This document shows, in pieces, positions 54,041-64,000 of a stretch of 64,000 nt of DNA. The first letter of the stretch is position 1; every line of letters starts with the position of its first letter. The DNA comes from Octopus sinensis (lineage: Eukaryota). Location: contig NC_043005.1 in assembly GCF_006345805.1 (NCBI RefSeq), positions 34,410,001-34,474,000 on the forward strand. The letters are read 5' to 3'. A program made the position numbers and the translations under genes. Under the pieces are notes generated by a model. The model did no database searches and had not been told where the DNA came from. It was given only the letters and a program-made list of their open reading frames with translations.

Positions 54041-54115
<75 letters not shown>

Positions 54116-54720
54116 GAAGAAGAATGTGAGCTGACAGAATTGTTAAAGGATTGTGGGGCAAAATGCTTTGCAGCATTTCTTTCAGCGCTTTATGTTCTGA
54201 ATTCTAATGCTGCCAAGATCGTCTTTGCTTGTCATCTTTTTTTTCTGAGGGAAGGGGGCAGGGCAATAAAATAAGTACCTGTTGAGCACTGGGTTAATTT
54301 AATTAACTTCCCTCTTCTCTCAAAACTGTAGGTTTGGGGCCAAAATTAGAAAGTGCTGTTGTTATTATTATTATTTTCATATAGACACAACAGATTAGAC
54401 TGTTGGAAAAGAAAACAAATGTTAGCATTGGGCTACAACAAGTAACCTTAGATGCCAAGAACCCTCTTGAGTATCCTAGCTGTCCCTAATAACACTATTC
54501 TGGAGCTATACTAAACCGAGATTTATGCCTATTTCTTCTATCCATTCTTTCAAATCTTCAGGGATAGTTCCTAATGCACCTATAACTACTGGGATACATA
54601 TCATTATTATTATTATTATTATTCAGTAGTTTTATTTTTATATCGTTCTTTCACTTCACTACTGAGTGCAGCTCTGTGTGCTATTATTATTATTATTATT
54701 ATTATAATTATTATTATTAT
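54041..54720. repeat. (AAT)n/(TTA)n tract interrupted by a SINE and two R4-like 3' ends
   Basis: SINE 54114-54356 (+); RLE tail IPVVIGALGT..LLGTARILKRVL at 54378-54600 (-); 60-bp 3'-end-like piece at 54622-54682; each separated by TTA repeats. Confidence 0.82.
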
Positions 54721-57700
54721 TCCTCCTCCTTCATAACACAGTGCAGGTAAAAATGCACCAAAGTCTTTAGTCATCTGTCAAGTCACAACAAGGACCCCAG
54801 AAAGATAATACTTTCCTTAAGATGTACACTGTGCCCAATAAGGCTGCTTTTTAGCAAGGCATCAATCTTGCATGGAATTTCCAGTTGCCTTAAGAAGTTT
54901 TGAAGTTTCAATGGGATTGAGCTCAGTGCTCCGATCACCACTGGTATCACTTTTACATTACTCTCTCGTATTCCATACAGTCTTGCCATTTCCACTTTCA
55001 GTTCAGAGTACTTGGTGATTTTTACAACCTCTTTACTCACAACGTTCATGTCATTTGGTATGGCTACATCAATGATCTCTTATTTAATATGACACTAACC
55101 ATCTGACGGTGTTCAATTACATGATCCATCTGAAAATCATAGCCCCAGAGTATCGTTACTTTTTCTTCCTCCTGCATAACTTTACTTGGTACATGCTCAT
55201 ACCAGTTCTCTGTTACTTCATATTGGTATTTACAGCATAAGAGCCAATGAAAATGCACACACACCTTATTGTGGTGGCACTTGTGTTCTTTTTGTGCAAG
55301 GCTCTCACATCCACTTACCAAGTGGGTCACATTTTCCACACTCTTTCCACAGAGTTTGCATTTCTGGGTGTCAGAAGTTTTATAAATGTTATACTCCACT
55401 TAATTGGTAGTGAGAGCCTAGTCTTGTGCAGCAATGATTAGGTTTTCAGTGGTATGTTTCAAATCACCTCACTCAAGCCATGCCCTTGATGCTATATTAT
55501 CTTTAACGTCTTGTGTCTTCCTTTCAAACTCTCCATGCATTCTCATTTCAAGGTTTTCTTTCTCTTCTCTTCAGCTCTTTGGTTAAACTCTTCCTTGCTC
55601 ATCATTTCATCTGCATTTACACCCACATCTTTCTTGACATATTGCAACAGGTCTTCACTATTTATCAAATACTTGGCAAGCATTCTCCTTTCACTCCTTA
55701 TACATTGGTCTATACTAATTAGTTCTCTGAAACCATTCTTACTTTTCATATACAGACTGTTTATGTTTGCTTTAGTGTGTAGCACCTCATGCACTATCAT
55801 CAACTTTCTTGTCCTTCTGTCCAGTGTTGATATTTCCTCCTTAGTCCATTTGAGGATGAACACACTATATCTGACCACTGCAACTGCCTAGATATTCATT
55901 GTGGTAATCAAAGTTTTGGCATTCAGGTTGGATTTCAACACCATCTTCACCCTTTTTTGATACGCCTCGCTGACCTTGACTTCCATTTCTCTGTGTAGAA
56001 TGTCATCCAGCTCCCAAATCCCTAAATATCTTTACCCACTACTGCCAGGTCCACCCATTGTCTCTCCTGATGGTAACCGCAGTCCTCTGCAGGATGCTTT
56101 CTTCCCTCTTTTCATATTAAATACTTGGTAATCCCAAATTTCATACCGATATCCCTACCATACTTCTGGGCTGTTTTGGTTAAGGAATCTATTTGTTTTT
56201 CAGATTTCCCAAACAATTTCAGGTCATCCATAATCAGAAGATGATTCAATGATGGGCCTTTCTTCCCACATTGGTGACCCATCTTAACTTTCCTAAGTGT
56301 CATTGTTATGGGTATTAGTGAAATTACAAAAAGTAACGGAGAAAACGAGTCACCTTGGAAGATTCCTCTTTTAATATTAACTTCTCCAAAGAATACATTA
56401 CTTGAGTACAATTTGGTTTTCCAGTCTTTCATGCTTTGCATCAAAAAATTTGTGATGTTGTCAGCAACACTAAACATTTGCAGGCATTCCACAATCCAAG
56501 AATGAGGCATCATATCATATGCCTTCTTAAAGTCAATCCAAGCCATAGATATGTTTGTATGATGTTTTTTTACAATGCTTCAAAACTGTTTTATTGATGA
56601 TCAGGTGATCCTTGGTACCCTGAGAACTCTTCCTACATCCTTTTTGTTCCTTGGTAGTATTTATTCCTGTGTCAGGAAAGTATATGTCTTTGCCATACAT
56701 ATTCCAGTGAGTATCTTCCAGATTATGTTTGGGCATGCTATGAGACGGTAGTTTCCCACAATATTCTCCATTCTTCTCTCTTTCATTACAAGTATTGTCC
56801 TCCCAGTCACCATCCACGTGGGGACTGTACCTTTCTGGACACACTCATTCATTTGAGCTGCTAGTCTTTCATACACCACGTGGCATCTCTTCAGCCAGAA
56901 TCCATGAATCCCATCTTGGTCTGGGGGGGCTTTCCAGTTAGGCGCTTTACCCACTTGTTCTTTCACATCATCAGTGCTTATGACAATATTCCTTTGTTTC
57001 TTTCCTCCTTGTAATTCTGTCTTGATAGTTCCTATCCACATTGCATCCCTTTTATGCACCACATTGTTTCCTCATAATCCGCTCCAGAACTTCTTGGCTT
57101 GATTTGCATCAGAAGCAACATTTTCCCTATTGTCTCCTTCTAACATTCGGAAGAATTGCTTTGGGTTATTTTTGAACAATCTGTTCTCCTCAAACTACTT
57201 CTTTCTGTTCACAAATCTTCTGATCAGGCTTTTTGCCATGATCTACTATTTTAACTGCTCTATTACTGCATCAAACCCGTTCTTCCGTATTTTATATTTC
57301 TTTAATTTTTCTTGGTTGGTTTTTTTCCTATTTTTCCAGTTTCCTCTTAACCATTGCTCAATTTTTCCTGGATCTTGCCTTGCTCGCATTATGTCCTTTT
57401 CAATGCATTATTTCCACCATGGTTCTTTTGCTCCACCATTTTTTGTTCTCTGAAGTTGTAATGTCTCCTCAACAAGTAGCGCAATAGCCTGGAGAAGATT
57501 CCTTGTTTATGTTATGTCCTCCGTCTGGATGTATGGTATGACAGTATTTATCTTTTGTGTTACTTTATTTATCATACTCCTATCTATCCTTCTCATATTC
57601 ATGGGGATTTTTTCTTCTGGAGCATTCATCAAATCAGTGTGTCATCTTTGAATTTCAAGCAATTCATTATCTAGTTGATTCATTTCCTCTGCATGTCCAC

Positions 57701-58020
57701 CCACCATAGTATCAGGATTCACTGTATAACATTCTTGTTCCTCATCCTTAAAAGCCCCATCACCATTCCCCTGTTCCTCCTGTCTACTCTTCTCCCTGCT
57801 TTCAACTCCTACCTTTCTTTTTGCAACTCCAACCATTCTTTGTAACTCATCCGCAGGATCTCTCAGACACTCACTAATCCAAGACATTTCTATTCCAGTT
57901 AAGTAACCCTTCCTCCTAATTACTCTCAGTTGGTTCATTAGTTTATTTTCTGACATTGAACACATGTCCTTTTCCATCTAAAATTTCAAGGTTCGTCAAC
58001 TTTTTTCCAGCTTTGCTATT
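54721..58020 (-). mobile_element. Near full-length degenerate R4/Dong-like retrotransposon
   Basis: N-terminal NQLRVIRRKGYL, KAPNWKAPPDQDGIHGFW, AWIDFKKAYD, GIFQGDSFSPLLF, IMDDLKLF, CKLC..ETVTH-like knuckle and IPVVIGAL, in order across several frames. Confidence 0.92.
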
Positions 58021-58039
58021 GGCGTTGGCGTCAGCATCA

Positions 58040-58077
<38 letters not shown>

Positions 58078-58079
<2 letters not shown>

Positions 58080-58270
58080 GGCAACTGCTGGCAGAATTGT
58101 TAGAGTGCTGTGGCATTTCTTCTGGTTCTTTGTAATCTTAATCCAAATGCCACTGACATAGGCTTTGCCTCTCATCCTTTTGGGCTTCATAAAATAAGTG
58201 TTACAGATGCTGGTATAATCAGCTCTCCCTCTTCCATTAAAATTGCTGGCATTGTGCTAACAGTTGAAAC

Positions 58271-58272
<2 letters not shown>
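58078..58272 (+). mobile_element. tRNA-derived SINE between two (TTA)n tracts
   Basis: Head aaggcaactgctggcagaattgttag; tail gtgctaacagttgaaacca(tta)n. Confidence 0.78.
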
Positions 58273-58314
<42 letters not shown>

Positions 58315-59785
58315 TTTTGATAAATTTCTTTTGCTTTCTTCAAATGACTTGAAATAAGACAATTAGAAGGGCTGGTTTTTTTTTGTATTTCCCCAGTTTT
58401 AATTTAAACTGTTGTATAAGTATGATACATAACAATAAATCTATATAGGCTTAACTGTAAGTAATTTACAGGCTACTGGAGGCTCTTAATGAAGTGTACC
58501 TACAGTAACAGTTATAGAATCACAAATATTACAACTGTTCTATTCACAAAAACTAGAGTGTTTGCTGAATAATGATGTCTCACAGTACATGTTGCTTGTA
58601 TTCAGTTTTGTCTTTATTTTTACATATTCAGACAACATTGTAAAACAACTTCAGCCTTATGAGTTAGTATTCTATCAATTATATTGTCTGTGAATAAAAA
58701 GCTGCTAGATTGTGGACTCGGAAGGCTTAAATATTGATTCCTTCAACCTTAACTATAGAAAGTCACAAACCAAGAGTACTTTATATACAACACCGAAACT
58801 AAATGACTCTAATGTGTTCAATAGAACAGCAAAATTGGTGCATGTCAAAAAGGAAAAAAACGCAAAAACAAAGAAAAACACTCTTATAATTAGAAATACC
58901 ACTTTTAACTGTGTAGGGTGAAAAGGTTTCCTTGGGGCAAACCTTTAGTGACTTTAGAATTGATTATAATACATTCTTTGTACACATTTAACAAGTTTCA
59001 CAAAATGAACTGTAAATGTTGAGATGCCTTTCCTTTAATACCTGTTCCTTTCCATTTTACATATATATGTGTGTGTGTGTGTACCATATATACTTATATA
59101 TAATGATCAGTTGTCCAAAAGTCAGAAAAAATCACACATTAAAAGAAATTTTGAGCAGTTATAAGTAGTTAGTAATATATTCTTGTTTATGGTTTATAAC
59201 CAATTAGAAAGTTACCATTGGTTTCACATCTACTATTGCACTTGGCATCTACTATTGCAACTCATTAGACATACTTGGTGAAAGCACATAGCCTCTTTAC
59301 TGGTGGAGGTAAATGAATATGCAGTTTTGGTCAGTTTTGTGGTGAAAAAGAAAAAGAAAAACACCCTTTCCTGAGAGGGAAAGAAGAGTTACCACTCCTT
59401 GTAAGATTCCAGCTTTGACTAAAGTTGATCAGCTGTGTTTGTGTACATTTTTTTAATTCTCTTGTCCATAGGCAGGGAAGACCACATTTGCAAAATGTAT
59501 TTTCTGTCATGAGGGCTGCAGCTAAAATTTTCTCTTTCTGAATTCAAGAAGGCACCCAGATCATGTGATTTACTTAGAATCAGTGTCCTCTTGTCTTAAT
59601 AAAGTTTGCACCATCTGCTTCCATTAGGTACTGCCCATATTGTTCCAGCAGCTTAGAGTTAATTTTGTATGATGTTTCTGAGAGCAATAGTAGACATGAG
59701 ACCAACGATAAATTTCTGACCAGTTATGTGCCATAACCAAGAATATACTACTTGGCTACATGGAAGTATATATATATATATATAT

Positions 59786-59817
<32 letters not shown>

Positions 59818-60159
59818 ATATATATATATCAATTACTATGTTTTCTTTTGCTCACTTGGAAATCATTTTATTTTTCTGGTTCCAAAGTAATGCTATTTTT
59901 CACATAATTTAAGATATTTTATTATACTCAGTTTTTTTGTTTGAAAATCCCAATATTTGCATGTATTAATTAATGGAAACTATTTAATTAGTTAAACTGA
60001 GGTCTTGGAGAATAGACGTAGTTTATTGAAAATAAAAATGCATTATTCATTATAGGTTTTTTAAAATTAATTTTTATGATACTCCTGTATTTTCTTTTAC
60101 CCAAAGTCAGGAACTTTTCAGCACCCCCTTGTAGAGTATTTCTTAGTAAGTGTACATGT

Positions 60160-60610
60160 AGTTTACTTCTAAACTACATGGTTCCAGGTTCAGTCCCACT
60201 GGCACTTTGGGTAAGTGTCTTCTACTATAGCCCTGGGCCAATTAAAGCCTTATAAGTGGATTTGTTAAATGGAAACTGAATGAAATCCAGTGTGTTTAAT
60301 ATGTGTGTGTTTGTGTGTGTTTGTGTGTGTTTGTGTGTGTGTGTGTGTGTTGTCTCCTTATCTTGACATCCCATGATAGTTGTCAGTGAATGTCACCATC
60401 ATGCAAGTGGTGTTGTTCATTTCCAATCTTCTGTGAAAAATGCCTTGTTATGAGGTAATATAACCTTATGTTATGGGGTAATGTAACTTTACTTGGAAAC
60501 AGGTGTGGGTTGGTGACAGGAAGGGTATCTGGCTGTGGAAAATCCATTTCAACAAAATTCTGTCCTACCCATGTGAGCATTAAAACGTGGACATTCAAAT
60601 GCTGATGAAT
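60160..60610 (+). mobile_element. tRNA-derived SINE with TG microsatellite and RTE-like tail
   Basis: Head catggttccaggttcagtcccact, body tctccttatcttgacatc, tail acttggaaacaggtg..cccatgtgagcat. Confidence 0.78.
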
Positions 60611-63204
60611 ACAGAAAATGTTACCTTCGTTTGATGACAAATTAACTGTCAATTTGTTTAAAATATTCTTTTGCCTAAGGCATGGAAATATTTACTTAAT
60701 ATAAGCTGATGGTTTACAAAAGAAGATTAATATATTCTGTGTATTTTTTTATAATGTTTGTTGTAAGACTGTTAATGTCTGAGTATAACAGCAACTTAAA
60801 TTTAGATAAAAACTAGTTGCTTGTCTAAAATAAATAGCATTGATTTTATATCAGTTGTAGAATAATTATACAAGTTACTGGGGCCTTGAAGTTAATAAAA
60901 AAATTATTAATATTATACAGTTTATTTAGAAATGCAAAGAAAGCAAGAATCTATCTCCTTGATTATTTTTCCTATTAGGAAAGACAGCTGTCAGAAGTGT
61001 CTAATTTTATTTATAACAAAGCAGACAATTGATAGAATACCAATTCCTATGATTATGTTTATTGGAAATGTTAAAACTTATTTTATGTTTTGTACAAAAA
61101 AATTTAGACACTCAAACTTTTTAGCAGAATTTTTTACTTTCAAAGAAGAAAAATTACATACTTTCAATTGCCATCTCTTTCAATATAGAGAGAAGTGGTA
61201 ACATAGACACAAGTATTAGAAATGAAATGAGGATTAATAAGTCTATGCAGAAGGGACTAACTTGTGAAAATTATAGCGTCACCATAAAATTATAAGGGTG
61301 TTGGCTGAATTTAAAATTAAATATAATAGCCTTTTACAATCTAAAATAAATTAATGATATTTGTGCTTAATGGTAATTTAGAAAAAGATAAATCTAATTT
61401 AAATATAGTGACACTAAAATTATGTCCATAATTCTAGCTGAGATTCGTGTTGGCTTTAATAGTTTCTAGTATAAATTAAAAATTTTGTGTTTTGTTTGAA
61501 CACCATGTTGGCCTTTGCAGCTGGTAATTAAAAGAATATACATTGTCTAGCTGTTAGAAGTGTACTGCATGTATATAGTTAACTTTGCATGATGTCCATG
61601 TTTTCTGCTTGTGAGAGATATGTCTATGCTTTCTTCATCATTTAACATTATATTTCTATGAATGTATTTGTTACAAAATAATCCAAATTAACTTTCAGAA
61701 AGTCTTTTTCATATGTGTACACGTTAAGAGATTTGCAGTCAATGTTATTTCTTTTATCTGTAATTTTTAAACAATTAGAAATTTCTTTATCAATTTCAAA
61801 TCAATGATAATTCAGTTAAAGCATAAGGGTAGTGTTTGGCGTGCATTAATGTTTTGAATGAAGCATAGATGAAAACAAATTTCAGTTTGTTTCCTTTAAC
61901 CGTTCAGAATTTAATTTCATATGCTAACCCTTTTTACAAATAACTAACGGTTTATATTTTCTTTTTTTATTGTTTAATTTCTTTTTCTTCTATATGTTTG
62001 GCAAATAATTTTGTTTTGAAATCATGTGTTGGAATAGATGTTATAATTTGGAAGGGTTTTTTTTTTTTTTTTGCCAATATGACGAAGATTCCCTCAGAAT
62101 CTATAAAGACAGTTTATAGCTTTTACCAAGATACCATGTATAGCTTATATAACAAACGTGGAAAGAAGTGAAAATTAGAAGTATTTTCTTATTCAATGTT
62201 GATATCTTGTAGATTTATGTTTTAAATAGATACAGTCATTTTTGAAGTTTATTCTTTGTTTCTGGTAGAAATGTAACAAATGGGTTTAAGATTGAGGATA
62301 AGGCATAATTTCTCTCCAACATATTAGTTAAAATTATGAAATAATTTTTAAATATCTATGGTTTATTTATATATTGAAAATAGCAGATATTTGTTGGTAA
62401 AATTATCTTCAACAATTAAGTATTCTATTGTTGCAGTGTGTATTATGTGCATATATATATATATGATGATAAATATTGGATCATATCTAATTGCAGGCAA
62501 ACTCTTGGGAAATAGATATGCATTCACTTTAAAATGTTACTTTGAAGAAGTTCTATTCTCTCAGTATAGATTGTCTATCTACCATCATTATCTCAATGTA
62601 AATTCATTCACTTCATTTAACTTTTATTTCTATAAATAATGTGTGATTCTTAGTTGCTAGCATACAATTCCATAACTTTCTAGCAAGTCTATATTTCATA
62701 TAATTATAAATAGTATTTAAGATCTCAAATAGATGAATGTATGTGCATATAGGTATGGTATGCATGTATATAGCATATGACTGCATGTTTAAATACAGCA
62801 TTAAGCCATAAGTTATTTATCTTCTTAATAAAACAAGGTCATTTTTTAATTTAGATTCTTCATAATGTACGTATCCTTTTAGTCAATTCATAAATAGTTG
62901 AAATCAAACTTTTAATGATTATTTTTCTTGAAATCTTAGATCTGTCTACAAGAATACAGAATTTACTTCTTGAACTAAACTTAAACTCTTTGAGTATTTA
63001 ATCTGTCACCCTTTATGAAAAATACTTCTACCCTTATGCACCACAGTTTAGCTCCTCTAGACTGAAATGATTGAACCAATATGCACAGTGTTTGTTTTCA
63101 GTTGCAAATGTTATAACTTTTGTAGCTACTAATATTTAACTATAGTATGGGTCTGTTCTTTATTCATTAATAAATTGTCAGATTAACTAATAAAGAGGTA
63201 CCGT

Positions 63205-63580
63205 GTGTGTGTGTGTTATTTTGAGCAAGTGACTTCTATTGTAGCTCTGTGCTGACTGAAGCTTCATGAGTAGATCTGGTAAACAATAACTGAAAAAATC
63301 CTGCTATACATACATATATATGTGTGAATGTGTGTCTGTGTGTGTTAGTGTCTCCTTATCTTGACATCAAAGGCTAACTGTAAATGAATGTCACTGCCAT
63401 ACAAACAACATCTTTTGTTTCCAATCTGCTGTGAAAGCAAGTCTGGCCATATGAAGATATTACCTTACTTGGAAATAGGTGAGGATTGACTAGAGGAAGA
63501 CATTTGACTGTAGAAAATCTGCTTCAACAAATTCTGTTCAACCTATGTGAGCATGGAAAAGTGGAAGTTAAAATAAAGAT
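63205..63580 (+). mobile_element. Second copy of the same SINE
   Basis: Shares tctccttatcttgacatc, ttacttggaaa and cctatgtgagcatggaaaagtgga with the 60160 copy. Confidence 0.72.
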
Positions 63581-64000
63581 GTATGTATGTATGTACACAC
63601 ACGTGTGTGTATATATATATATATATATATTTATATTAAAAACAGGGAAGGCCGGTTTATGAGATTACGTTAGGTTTCCTATCCATAAAGGGTTTAGATG
63701 TATGGCATATCATCAAATCCCAAAATCCTGTTGGCCCATGACGGCTTTAAAATATGGAGGGTGAATGCATCACTACTTATGTGTATGTGTGTAAGTGTGT
63801 GTGAATACACACACACACACCACACACACACACAAATGCATGCAGTCAACTATATCATCATTGCCATCCTGCTGCTCCCCTTTCTCACTCTCTTCTGCAT
63901 CCCTCTACCTTTCACAATTCATGCATCATATAATCATCCCCCCATACCTTTACTTCCAGTCATTCCATACCTCTTTATCCATCATTTCCTGCATCCACCA

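Overview
This is AT-rich eukaryotic genomic DNA. The SINE/LINE repertoire and dense microsatellites resemble an octopus genome, which is an inference from repeat content only. The window appears to lie inside one + strand host gene, an OSBP-related lipid transfer protein of the ORP3/6/7 subfamily (OSBPL6-like). Six exons (18765-36996, 690 nt, all GT-AG, phases join) encode most of the PH domain and the linker after it; the start and the sterol-binding domain were not found. The rest is intron filled with RTE, R4/Dong-like, Tx1-like and Penelope-like non-LTR elements, a Gypsy remnant, Tc1/mariner copies, a non-autonomous Helitron-like element, tRNA-derived SINEs and microsatellites. I found no rRNA, true tRNA, CRISPR array or clearly new protein system. 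The most interesting signals are structural: a (TTA)n tract hit by repeated insertions, amplification of one RTE 3' motif by two different routes, several hairpins and foldbacks, and three phase-compatible candidate microexons. Repeat boundaries are by eye and approximate; exon boundaries were counted.
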